A stretch of DNA of 38,669 bases from an uncultured virus (IMG/VR IMGVR_UViG_3300024999_000036) (Duplodnaviria; Heunggongvirae; Uroviricota; Caudoviricetes): IMG/VR virus record IMGVR_UViG_3300024999_000036. One strand, 5' to 3'. The notes beneath the pieces were generated by a model that saw only the letters and a list, made by a program, of their open reading frames with translations, was not told the origin of the DNA and ran no database searches. The position numbers were made by a program, and so were the translations under genes. This document shows, in pieces, positions 9,264-18,518 of this stretch. Within the stretch, counting starts at the first letter, position 1; each line of letters opens with the position of its first letter.

Positions 9264-10241
9264 TTAATAAATTCTTTTATCCAATAATCTAATGTCATTT
9301 ACTTCAAACATATCACAAATCAAACCTACCCTAACCCACATCCCATTTTCAACCTGCTCCCAATACTTTGCCCTATGATCTTTATCAATCTCAACACTAA
9401 TCTCATTTCTTCTAGGAAGAGGATGAAGTATAATAGCATCATCTTTTAAAGTATTTATATTGTTTTTATTAATACTATATCTACTCGTATCAATAAAATC
9501 TTCTCCATTAATTTGTCCATATTCATCTTGCAATCTTGTCATATATACAACATCCATTTCTGGTAATACCTTTTCAATATTATCAGTAACTTCATAATCG
9601 ATATCTAATTGTTCCAAAATGTCATTTTTAATTTGATATTTTTCAGGAGCAACGAAAAATAACTTTGTACCACTAACTTTATTTAAAAGTAATGATAATG
9701 ATCTTACAGTCCTACCTCTAAGAAGATCACCAACAAATGCAATTTTCTTACCTTCTAATAATCCATATTTCCATATGGTATAAAAATCCAATAATGCTTG
9801 AGTTGGATGTTCATTTGAACCAGAACCAGCATTAATAATTCTAATATCATTAGGTAGATTATTTGATATTTCATAAATAAAGTCAGAAGATGGATGTCTC
9901 ATAATAATTAAATCTGCATATTGTGAAAATGTTTTAATAGCATCTAATTCAGTCTCGCCTTTGATTTCTGAAGATGTGCTGGTGTCACGTATTTCAGAAC
10001 ATGACATACCTAATACGTGACACGCATTTTGAAATGATAAGAATGTACGTGTTGATGCTTGTTTAAAATACAATATTGCTCTTTTGTGAGATAGGATAGT
10101 TTTAAGGTATTGTAAACCTTCTTTAGTTAATGCAATGTTTCTAATATTGTCTGTTAGTTTACATAGATTTAGTAAGTTTTCTAATGTGAATTGATTTGAG
10201 TTTAAGCATCTTGTTTGAGAATTTGTATTTATGGGATTCAC
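9264..10241 (-). CDS. pyrB: Aspartate carbamoyltransferase catalytic subunit
   Basis: STRT, KGET, HPTQ, GDL..GRTVRS, TRLQ and HPLPR all intact. Confidence 0.93.
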   Translation of the reverse strand: MNPINTNSQTRCLNSNQFTLENLLNLCKLTDNIRNIALTKEGLQYLKTILSHKRAILYFKQASTRTFLSFQNACHVLGMSCSEIRDTSTSSEIKGETELDAIKTFSQYADLIIMRHPSSDFIYEISNNLPNDIRIINAGSGSNEHPTQALLDFYTIWKYGLLEGKKIAFVGDLLRGRTVRSLSLLLNKVSGTKLFFVAPEKYQIKNDILEQLDIDYEVTDNIEKVLPEMDVVYMTRLQDEYGQINGEDFIDTSRYSINKNNINTLKDDAIILHPLPRRNEISVEIDKDHRAKYWEQVENGMWVRVGLICDMFEVNDIRLLDKRIY

Positions 10242-10276
10242 TCTCCTTTATATTTATAATATATTTTTTATTTTTG

Positions 10277-10331
10277 TAATATAGTAATAGTTATTACATA
10301 CTATAAATTAATAATAACTATTACTATATTT
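10277..10331. repeat. Perfect 20-bp inverted repeat between the VWA gene and pyrB
   Basis: TAATATAGTAATAGTTATTA-15 nt-TAATAACTATTACTATATTA. Confidence 0.7.
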
Positions 10332-10342
10332 ATTTTTATATT

Positions 10343-12589
10343 TTAATATTCAACTTTAACTTTTTCACTTTTAATATTCAAAATCTTATCATCTTTCTTA
10401 TAATACCAATTGCCTTTATCATCTTTTTCTAAATTATCAAACCAAGAACCAGTTAAAACAACAGCAATTTTCATACAATTAATTTTTGTTCTTTCTGTAA
10501 ATAATTCTTTTTTAACAATTTCTAATTGTTGTTGTAAAACATCCTTATGTTCTTCAGTTAAGTTATTTAGATTATTGTATCCTAATTTAGTTAAACCAAT
10601 ATTCAACATATTAATATAATCATACATATATTTATTAATATCATTTAATTTCTTTTTAGTTTCTACTTTTTTAAGAACATCATTTATACTAGGAATGCTA
10701 CTATACCCCTTTAGATTAAATTCTAAACATCTTGCAAAATAATAATCTTTTGATTCTGCTTTTTGATTATCCACACCCACATATTCTAAATTTTTATTTA
10801 ATCCATGTTGTTGTAAAACTTCAATTTGTTCAGCAGAAAAATCTTTAAACTTACCTTCTATAATATTATGTTTATTAATAATTTCTTTAATATAAAAATT
10901 TAATACTTTTTGTTGTATTTCTAATTCATTAATTTTAACAACACTATCAAAAATGTTTTCAATATTGCTACTTTCATTAATATACATGCGATTAATAACT
11001 GGTAATTTATTCAGTATTATATTAACTTTATATGCATTATCATTTGAATTAATTAATTGAATAAATTCAATATTATTTTTATTTTGAATTTCAATTAATT
11101 TATTATACGTTTCTTCATCTAAAACACATTCAATTTCTTGCATGTTTAAATTACCATCTTTAATTAAAGTATGTGTTCTAAATATTTTACTATCGATTTC
11201 TTTATCTAAATTATGTTTACTAGCAATTTTTGCATTAATTTTTACTTTCCCATAAATAGTTAATGGTAAACTTACATTTAAAAATTTCTTATTGTAAGTT
11301 AAAGTATTAATAGGTGTTTTACTTTCATCTTCATTTTTAACAAACAAATTAAATTTATCTTCTGTTTTTGTTCCAATTCTTTGATAGTTTTTAGAAGGAA
11401 TATAATAATTATTACCTTCAGATAAAATCTTAAGTAAATCCATAATACAAAAACTATTATCTTTAGGTAAGTAGTTATCAGGAGATAAACCTGTTTTATA
11501 TCTAGTCTTAGGTTTGAATATGCTATTTTTTAATTCTTTAGTATATTGCCCAACTTCATCATTTGTAAAAATATTTAATTGTGTATCTACTAAATATTTA
11601 TCATGTAAATTATTTGCAATGATATTTAATGCTTCTTGTCTTTTGTTTATGTAAAATAATTCGTAAGCATATGTATAAAAGAAATTATTAATTGTTGGTT
11701 GAATATTTTTGTTTATTTTTGTGATAGGTAATTTTGATGTATCAATAATTTCATCATTATATTTAAAAGTAAAGTCCTTATCAGATAATATAAATATTTG
11801 ATTTTTCTTTTTATCTAATCTATTCAATTTTAATGTATTTTGCGTATATTTGGAAGAATTACTATTAAGATATATAATATCTATGTTTTCTGTTTCGTTA
11901 ATAACATCAATTTCAACAGATTCTAAAATTAAATCATTAACTCTTTCATAATTATGGTCAAAGATAGAAACATACTCATTAATATGATTAGAATGAATTG
12001 CATTTCCAAAAGTAGATTCTGCTGAAATACGTTTTAATAAATCTTGATTATAATAATATCCATAACCAATTGTATTAAATGCTAATATCTTATCTTTAAA
12101 TTTAGTAATTTGAGCAAATATTTTATTTTCTTCTTCTCTTTCTGTCCAAGGTACAACTACTTCTCCATCTGTAAATAGATTAACACTAATACTATTACAA
12201 ATATTAAATAAATCTTCAATAATTGTATTTGTTTCAGCAATAGGAGTAGAAAAGCAAGTTAATCCAACAGTTGATTTAATAGAATCTAATAGTTTAAATA
12301 AACTTTCATCTTTTTTAGCACCTTTAATTAAAACTTTACATTCATCATGTCCACTAAACCATATAATACTGACATAATCATTATCGGACATATGTTGAAT
12401 TGCTAGTTTAACATTTTCTATTAAATTGCTTATTTCTCTTGACATTGAACCACTTCTATCAAGAATGTGAATGTGATGCTGAGAATCTACTTTAATAGAT
12501 TGTGTTTGTTGTTCAGTTTGATTGTGATTGATTGTAATTAAAATTTTGTCTTGATTGTTGATATTTATTAAGTTTTTGGTTGTAGACAA
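10343..12589 (-). CDS. VWA-domain protein (748 aa)
   Basis: MIDAS motif DRSGS, later T and FTDG; long unknown C-terminal region. Confidence 0.85.
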   Translation of the reverse strand: MSTTKNLININNQDKILITINHNQTEQQTQSIKVDSQHHIHILDRSGSMSREISNLIENVKLAIQHMSDNDYVSIIWFSGHDECKVLIKGAKKDESLFKLLDSIKSTVGLTCFSTPIAETNTIIEDLFNICNSISVNLFTDGEVVVPWTEREEENKIFAQITKFKDKILAFNTIGYGYYYNQDLLKRISAESTFGNAIHSNHINEYVSIFDHNYERVNDLILESVEIDVINETENIDIIYLNSNSSKYTQNTLKLNRLDKKKNQIFILSDKDFTFKYNDEIIDTSKLPITKINKNIQPTINNFFYTYAYELFYINKRQEALNIIANNLHDKYLVDTQLNIFTNDEVGQYTKELKNSIFKPKTRYKTGLSPDNYLPKDNSFCIMDLLKILSEGNNYYIPSKNYQRIGTKTEDKFNLFVKNEDESKTPINTLTYNKKFLNVSLPLTIYGKVKINAKIASKHNLDKEIDSKIFRTHTLIKDGNLNMQEIECVLDEETYNKLIEIQNKNNIEFIQLINSNDNAYKVNIILNKLPVINRMYINESSNIENIFDSVVKINELEIQQKVLNFYIKEIINKHNIIEGKFKDFSAEQIEVLQQHGLNKNLEYVGVDNQKAESKDYYFARCLEFNLKGYSSIPSINDVLKKVETKKKLNDINKYMYDYINMLNIGLTKLGYNNLNNLTEEHKDVLQQQLEIVKKELFTERTKINCMKIAVVLTGSWFDNLEKDDKGNWYYKKDDKILNIKSEKVKVEY

Positions 12590-12642
12590 GGGTAAGTCCT
12601 CCTTTTATATTTTATATTTTGTTTATTTAAATTTAATTTTTA

Positions 12643-13230
12643 TTATTCAATAGTAATAACTTCATCATCTTTAGTATTCATAATATAGAATGGTCTTTTT
12701 ACTCCACAAGCATGTTTTTCTGATGCTTCTAAGCCTTCTTTGATTCTTTTAACACTATCTTTATCTTTGTTTTGAGATAATACAGCTAAAGCAAAATTCC
12801 CACCTGAACCATCTGCAATATATTCATCTTCTGTTTCTAATACTGCTCCAGTAATATCTATCCAATATAACTGATTTTTATAGGCAAATATTAAATTACT
12901 ATCTAAATATGAAATACCATCTTTATATCCACAACATTCATATTTCTTTGCTATATTAAATATTTTTGGAGAAGTATATTTAATTATATGTTCAATGTTA
13001 ACTTCATTTTTTAATTCTTTAATTTCTTCAACTAATTTCTCTTCAATAGAAAGAATATTTAATAATTTAATTCCACCGCATACTGCCATTAATATATTCT
13101 TATTATCTTTTGCTTTAAATACTTTTTTATTTTTGATAGTTAATTGTTTATTCCATGTTGATGCAAGTGAATCTGCACCTATGTATACACAATCTTTTTC
13201 TTTGTCTAATAAACCTATAATACAGGTCAT
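12643..13230 (-). CDS. Ntn-hydrolase, HslV/proteasome-beta-like peptidase
   Basis: N-terminal M-T-C-I-I-G, GADS, KKVF, GSG. Confidence 0.75.
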   Translation of the reverse strand: MTCIIGLLDKEKDCVYIGADSLASTWNKQLTIKNKKVFKAKDNKNILMAVCGGIKLLNILSIEEKLVEEIKELKNEVNIEHIIKYTSPKIFNIAKKYECCGYKDGISYLDSNLIFAYKNQLYWIDITGAVLETEDEYIADGSGGNFALAVLSQNKDKDSVKRIKEGLEASEKHACGVKRPFYIMNTKDDEVITIE

Positions 13231-13268
13231 AATTATCCTCCTTTGTTTCTATTTTATTATATTATGTG

Positions 13269-13286
13269 ATAAAACTAAATTTTTAT
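13269..13286. repeat. Palindromic core site
   Basis: ATAAAA-ctaaat-TTTTAT; contains the stop codon of the upstream gene. Confidence 0.55.
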
Positions 13287-13729
13287 TTTAATACTTTAAT
13301 CTCATACGGTGAAACATAAAACATTTCTGCCTTATAATCTGCATATGTAACAGTTTTCTTTTGATAATAAATTTTAATATCACTATCATCTTTGCAAGTT
13401 AACCAAATATATTTTACATTTTCACTATACTTAGGGTCATTGATTCGATATTCTTGTCCTTCTTTAACTTTGATATTTTCTTTAATAATTTGTGATTTAT
13501 CAAATTCTATGAAAGCACCATAATCACCTATAACAATTCTATTATAACCATTAGAGATTAAAGTGTTTGATAAGGTATATATCTTAAATTCTTTGTCACC
13601 ATTGATGTTTAATTGATTAGGTATATTATCTAAGTATTTTTGTCTTACTTCTTGAGATAGTTTTTTATTTAATTTTCTGTATTTATATTTTTGTGCTAAT
13701 AACTCTTGGAATTGAAGTAAGTTTTCTAT
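13283..13729 (-). CDS. 148-aa hypothetical protein missed by the ORF track (ATA start)
   Basis: Open frame IENLLQFQE...GYNRIVIGDYGAFIEF...VKYIWLT...VTYADY...; the ATA overlaps the upstream TAG; no NTG until the final codons. Confidence 0.75.
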   Translation of the reverse strand: MENLLQFQELLAQKYKYRKLNKKLSQEVRQKYLDNIPNQLNINGDKEFKIYTLSNTLISNGYNRIVIGDYGAFIEFDKSQIIKENIKVKEGQEYRINDPKYSENVKYIWLTCKDDSDIKIYYQKKTVTYADYKAEMFYVSPYEIKVLK

Positions 13730-13923
13730 AAATTATCACTTCCTTTCTCTTTATATTCTTTACATTTATTAAAATCACAACCTAAATGTTCCATATAATC
13801 TAAAGAAGTATTATTTGCAGTACACCAATCAAATATTTGCCCATAACCATAATAAGTATCCATGCAATATAATTCAGCTTCACTTATTTCTGTTTTGTTA
13901 ATACATGTGTTGCATTTAATCAT
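13726..13923 (-). CDS. Hypothetical Cys-rich protein
   Basis: ORF with GAGG RBS. Confidence 0.6.
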   Translation of the reverse strand: MIKCNTCINKTEISEAELYCMDTYYGYGQIFDWCTANNTSLDYMEHLGCDFNKCKEYKEKGSDNL

Positions 13924-13937
13924 ATTAATTACCTCAT

Positions 13938-14435
13938 TTACTTCTTAATTCCTGCTATAGCAATTTGATATGTTATATTAACAGGAGGCCATTCTAAAAT
14001 AATTCCTACATTCTTCATTGTTTCAGTTAAATTAACTCCCATTGCTTCTGGACAAGTGATTATTTCATATCCTAATCCTTCATGTTCTTTTATAAATATT
14101 TTACATTTTTCTTTTAATTGTTTTCTTGCAGAACCTTGCCAATATAATACACATTTTAATTGATGTTCTGACCAATTAGGATGTTTTAATTTCATTTTAT
14201 CTATATGAGATTTAAAATCAAATATATTATATATAGCATAAATAGGTTTTAACATATCTATATACTTATCAAATAAAGGTGCAAATGGAGGACAATCTTC
14301 TCTTTTTCTAAAATTAGGGCAACCTTTAGGATGATTGTAATAAGGTTTTCTACATAAACCTCTCATTGCATAATCAATAATAGGATTAACTTGAATAATA
14401 AAATTATCTTTAATATTATTGTTAATATTAATCAA
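13938..14435 (-). CDS. DUF2284-like predicted metal-binding protein
   Basis: C...GCPNF...CPP and PEAMGVN...T motifs. Confidence 0.6.
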   Translation of the reverse strand: MININNNIKDNFIIQVNPIIDYAMRGLCRKPYYNHPKGCPNFRKREDCPPFAPLFDKYIDMLKPIYAIYNIFDFKSHIDKMKLKHPNWSEHQLKCVLYWQGSARKQLKEKCKIFIKEHEGLGYEIITCPEAMGVNLTETMKNVGIILEWPPVNITYQIAIAGIKK

Positions 14436-14443
14436 CCTTTCTT

Positions 14444-14956
14444 TTAGTTATAATCTTTCTTACAAGGTGCATCTACAATTTTGCCATTTGCTTGTAAAAC
14501 TTTATGATTGCAATTTTTACAATCCGAACCTGATAGTTTCATATTTATAGGTTTTATATTTTTCCCTCTGCCTGTAGGTACGAATTGAAGCAAATGAACC
14601 TTATGAGCATTTTTAGGTATATATGCATCTTCTCCTGGAGTTAAACAAACATTTGCTTCAATTTGTATTTCATTAATTACAGAAGTATTATATCTGATTT
14701 GAGTTAATTCATTAGTATATACCCAAACATCAGAAGTTAATTGTTTGCATAATTGTAATATTTCATAAAATTTAGGATGTGATAATGGTTCTCCACCTGA
14801 TATATTAATTCTATCTGTTGCTTGTATTTTATTATTATGTAGAAAATGTTTTATTGTTTCTATATCAATATGTATTCCATTTTCAGTTGCGTTTGTTGAA
14901 CAGTAACTACAATTATGTGTACAGTAAGTAGTTATTTCAATTGTGTATTCTACCAA
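14444..14956 (-). CDS. Short radical SAM protein
   Basis: CTHNCSYC, SGGEPL, YTN; C-terminal CxxC...C. Confidence 0.85.
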   Translation of the reverse strand: MVEYTIEITTYCTHNCSYCSTNATENGIHIDIETIKHFLHNNKIQATDRINISGGEPLSHPKFYEILQLCKQLTSDVWVYTNELTQIRYNTSVINEIQIEANVCLTPGEDAYIPKNAHKVHLLQFVPTGRGKNIKPINMKLSGSDCKNCNHKVLQANGKIVDAPCKKDYN

Positions 14957-15164
14957 ATTAGATTTCCTCCTTATTATTATGTATTATATTGGTAATTTCT
15001 TTAACATCTGTTGGAATATTGCAGGTTCACCTTTTTTATTTGCTCTAAATAATGGTTTTTCATTAATATCTGCTTTGCATACTGAGCATTTCATAATTTT
15101 TCCTCCTTATATTTATTTTTTATATTTAATTTTTTAAATTATAATAAAATGATACTTTTGTTAA

Positions 15165-15698
15165 TTATGATTCATTAGGTAATAAATCAATTTGACATAC
15201 ACTAAATACTTCTATACTATAATAAACACTTTCATAATTAACATCATCAGTAATCACATGTCTAATTTTATTATTATTGATGTACATTTCTTTTCTATTA
15301 TCAATAAACCTAACTACATAAACACGATCTCCTAAAGTTGTTTTATCTTCATATTCTGCTAGTATTTCTACTTTTAATCCTTTTTTATAATCATTTAAAT
15401 CTTTATTTATTACACCATATCTTTTTTTATTTGTGTCAAATGTAATTTCTATATTTTCTAAAATGAATCTATCTTTTTCAAAATATTCTCTTTCCCAATG
15501 ATTAAGACACCTCCTCCAAATATCTTCTGCTAATTTAGGATTTTCTTGATATATTCTATTAGCATAAAATCTAATTGCTGCCCTTGCTTTTGAATCAGTA
15601 TCTAACCTTAATACAAAATAATCTGCGTTAGGATCTACAGGTGTTCCATCTGATTTTTGAATTATGTATTTTTGATATAAACCTTTCATGTTTTCCAT
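15165..15698 (-). CDS. Hypothetical phage protein
   Basis: GLYQKY...YFVLRLDTD..AR.A...YA N-terminal phage domain. Confidence 0.65.
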   Translation of the reverse strand: MENMKGLYQKYIIQKSDGTPVDPNADYFVLRLDTDSKARAAIRFYANRIYQENPKLAEDIWRRCLNHWEREYFEKDRFILENIEITFDTNKKRYGVINKDLNDYKKGLKVEILAEYEDKTTLGDRVYVVRFIDNRKEMYINNNKIRHVITDDVNYESVYYSIEVFSVCQIDLLPNES

Positions 15699-15700
15699 AT

Positions 15701-15976
15701 TTAATTTTCCTCCTCAATATCTTTTAATAATTTAAAGAAATATTCATTAATTTTATTATCAGTTGAAGCAATTTGCTTAATATATAGCATAATTTCATTA
15801 ATGGTTATATTATTATTTTTATTTTTTATTTTATTTAATACATCATATAAAGAATAAAGTCCTCTTGCTATTCCAAATGCATGATATTTACAATTTTCAG
15901 AAGTATTAAATAATTCTTCATGAATCAATTCTATCTGTGTTCTCTTTCTTAATTTTCTAAGGTATTCAATATCCAT
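15701..15976 (-). CDS. Hypothetical protein
   Basis: ORF with RBS. Confidence 0.6.
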   Translation of the reverse strand: MDIEYLRKLRKRTQIELIHEELFNTSENCKYHAFGIARGLYSLYDVLNKIKNKNNNITINEIMLYIKQIASTDNKINEYFFKLLKDIEEEN

Positions 15977-15992
15977 GTTTTTCTCCTTTTAT

Positions 15993-16304
15993 TTATAGTT
16001 TTAAACTTTTATCATTCCATTTTTTAATTTTATTTTTAAGCATATCAGAGATATTGATAAAACTAAATCCAGACTTAAAAACAATACATAATGTAACAAT
16101 GATTATATCTACACATTCTTCTAAGATTCTTTCTTTAGTAATATTTTTAGTTTGACATTTATATCCACAACCTGGAGCATTTTCTGTTGATAAAATAGCT
16201 TCTGATAATTCACCTAATTCTTCAGAAAGTTTTAAACCTAATTCGAGTATAGATTTTCTTTCTTGCGTATGTAATTCTTTGATTGTTTTAAATTGTTGTA
16301 TCAT
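15993..16304 (-). CDS. MazG-like nucleotide pyrophosphohydrolase
   Basis: KLSEELGEL...EECVD (ExxE...ExxD). Confidence 0.8.
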   Translation of the reverse strand: MIQQFKTIKELHTQERKSILELGLKLSEELGELSEAILSTENAPGCGYKCQTKNITKERILEECVDIIIVTLCIVFKSGFSFINISDMLKNKIKKWNDKSLKL

Positions 16305-16338
16305 ATTATTAACTCCTTTTTGTATTAATAATTTATTT

Positions 16339-16794
16339 TTATATTAACTCATCCTTATAAATACAATTAGTCCATTCACATTTATTATTCCAGCAAACAA
16401 AACAACAAGTATAACAACCATTATTATGTTCTAATTCACAATGTCTACCATCTTCGGTAATATGAATACAATTAATTGATTTCTCTATAGGATAGTTTAA
16501 TTGTTTAATTTGATTATTATTTTGGAATACATCTACATAGTCTTTATCAGGATAATTTTCTTTGAGATGATTAATAATAAATTTTATTCTTAGATTATCA
16601 TTTATTCTTTTTATAATTCTTGTTTCTTCGTCATTGTAATTAGGATTTGTTTTAAATGAAAATCCACTAGGACAATCATTTTGAATTTTAATTTTATATT
16701 TATCTAATTTAGATGGTGTTCTGCCGTATTTATTTGTAAATTCCATTGATGCTAAGAATACAGCAGAATCATATTTATTTAGTTTTATGGTCAT
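16339..16794 (-). CDS. Hypothetical protein with Cys-rich C-terminus
   Basis: ORF with RBS. Confidence 0.6.
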   Translation of the reverse strand: MTIKLNKYDSAVFLASMEFTNKYGRTPSKLDKYKIKIQNDCPSGFSFKTNPNYNDEETRIIKRINDNLRIKFIINHLKENYPDKDYVDVFQNNNQIKQLNYPIEKSINCIHITEDGRHCELEHNNGCYTCCFVCWNNKCEWTNCIYKDELI

Positions 16795-16799
16795 GTTTA

Positions 16800-16991
16800 T
16801 TACTCCTTATTTAAATAATTCTTTGGTTCAATTAATACTTTTCCGAAACATCTTATTTGCTTTTGAATATAATAATCTCTTTCATGTAGCTTATATTCTT
16901 CTGACTTACTACCTGATACATCTCCACATGAAGAACAAAATGGTTCATCATTAATATATTCTGCACATATTGGACAATAGGTGTTTAACAT
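16800..16991 (-). CDS. Zn-ribbon microprotein
   Basis: CPIC...CSSC. Confidence 0.6.
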   Translation of the reverse strand: MLNTYCPICAEYINDEPFCSSCGDVSGSKSEEYKLHERDYYIQKQIRCFGKVLIEPKNYLNKE

Positions 16992-16996
16992 ATTTA

Positions 16997-17563
16997 TTAA
17001 CTCCTTATATTATTTAATATGCCTTGCAGTAATTCTAATTGATTTACTACGGATTCTGGACAGAATTTTTCAATATATTGTTTATCATTATTAATTATTG
17101 CTTCTCTTATTTTAGTTGCACTTAATCCCTCAAATAATTCATTACGTTCAAAAAATCTAAAATTGATTCTTTCTTTAATTTTATCTTCAAACCAATTTAA
17201 CATAATACTTGGTTCATCTGAATAATACAATGAAAATTTATTATTTTTTGTTTTTGAAATTATATTATAATATAGGTATAAACCCCATTCTTTATCATTC
17301 TCATAATCTTTTTCATGTGTAAAATCAGGTAAAGTATGTATTTTAATTTTATTTATATGATCAAAATCAAAATTATTAAACAATGCTCCATTTAACATAC
17401 TTATTCTTAATTCTATTGGAAAAGGATTTCTTGTTTCATATTCTTTATTTGCACTTCCTAGCATAACAATAACTTCATCATTATCAACACATGCTTGTTT
17501 AATTAAATGTAAATGTGCATTATGAACTGGTTGCATTCTTGCTAAAAATACTCCTGTTTTCAT
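16997..17563 (-). CDS. Nicotinamide mononucleotide adenylyltransferase (NadM-like)
   Basis: ARMQPVHNAH (HxxH), GSAN...RNPF...R, SATKIR. Confidence 0.85.
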   Translation of the reverse strand: MKTGVFLARMQPVHNAHLHLIKQACVDNDEVIVMLGSANKEYETRNPFPIELRISMLNGALFNNFDFDHINKIKIHTLPDFTHEKDYENDKEWGLYLYYNIISKTKNNKFSLYYSDEPSIMLNWFEDKIKERINFRFFERNELFEGLSATKIREAIINNDKQYIEKFCPESVVNQLELLQGILNNIRS

Positions 17564-17603
17564 GGGATTTTATCTCCTTTTTATTTTTACATTAATATAT
17601 TTG

Positions 17604-18182
17604 TTAACTTCGCCATGCTTTGCCTTGTTTCATAGCATTAACAATATTTTTAATTTGATTTGCAATTATTTCTGTACTTGCCTTTTCACCTTTAATAACT
17701 TGATATTTAATTTTATAATCATCTAGCATTTTTCTTAATTTAATATCATCTTCTTTTGCTTCTTCTGCTGTTTGAAATCTACCAAATGGGTTAAAAGGTT
17801 TAACTCTTTCAACAAAGTAGTTTATATTATTAAATTTATTAAATTCATTTAATACATATTGATTAAATGTTTCATCTACTAGTTTATTATTTTTAATTGC
17901 ATTTACTGTATTATAAAAAGCAGATAATAAAATAGGTGAATCAGTAACTATTACATCTAATTTATCTACGATTAATCGTCTTATTTTATAATGTTGTTTA
18001 CCAAAAATATAACATTGATCTTGAAATATTGCTTTTCTTTCCTCAATTAATTGATGTTTAACATACTCATCACAATATTCTACGTTAATTCCACCCATCC
18101 ATTTTAATTCTGCTGAAACATCCCAAGCTAAATTACTTTTTCCTGCCCCACTTCCAGCAAAAAAGTTTACTACTAAAGTCAT
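17604..18182 (-). CDS. NadR-like/AAA_28 P-loop kinase
   Basis: GSGAGKS Walker A, EYVK, TDSPILLS, GRFQ. Confidence 0.75.
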   Translation of the reverse strand: MTLVVNFFAGSGAGKSNLAWDVSAELKWMGGINVEYCDEYVKHQLIEERKAIFQDQCYIFGKQHYKIRRLIVDKLDVIVTDSPILLSAFYNTVNAIKNNKLVDETFNQYVLNEFNKFNNINYFVERVKPFNPFGRFQTAEEAKEDDIKLRKMLDDYKIKYQVIKGEKASTEIIANQIKNIVNAMKQGKAWRS

Positions 18183-18201
18183 GTGTATTATCTCTCCTTT
18201 A

Positions 18202-18384
18202 CTATATTAATAATTTATAATCAAAACATGTGAATTTTTCTTTTCTCTTTTGCGTTGTGTCTGTTTTATATTGTGGACATTGAAATTCTTTAGGACATTT
18301 TAATCCTAAATCACAATTACATTTTTCATCACTGGTTAAGCATTTAATTTGTCTTTCTGTATAATGAACGCATATAATTTTCAT
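18202..18384 (-). CDS. Cys-rich microprotein
   Basis: ORF with RBS. Confidence 0.55.
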   Translation of the reverse strand: MKIICVHYTERQIKCLTSDEKCNCDLGLKCPKEFQCPQYKTDTTQKRKEKFTCFDYKLLI

Positions 18385-18410
18385 TAATTTATCTTCCTTT
18401 CTAGGTTAAG

Positions 18411-18434
18411 ATAAAACCTATATTTGGTTATGAT
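18411..18434. repeat. Palindromic core site (degenerate)
   Basis: ATAAAA-cctata-TTTGGT-TATGAT. Confidence 0.5.
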
Positions 18435-18448
18435 ATTAGGTCAATTAT

Positions 18449-18495
18449 TATCTATATATAGTACATGTTGATATATTTAATACTATATATTGTAT
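18449..18495. promoter_or_regulatory. Tandem NrdR-like boxes
   Basis: tatCTATATATAGTac (18449) and ataCTATATATTGTat (18480), 31 bp apart. Confidence 0.65.
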
Positions 18496-18518
18496 ATGTA
18501 GTATGGTATATTTTTATT

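Noticed and set aside
14444..14956. Viperin-like or QueE assignment for the short radical SAM
   Set aside because: Too short, lacks recognisable family motifs, and no que genes nearby
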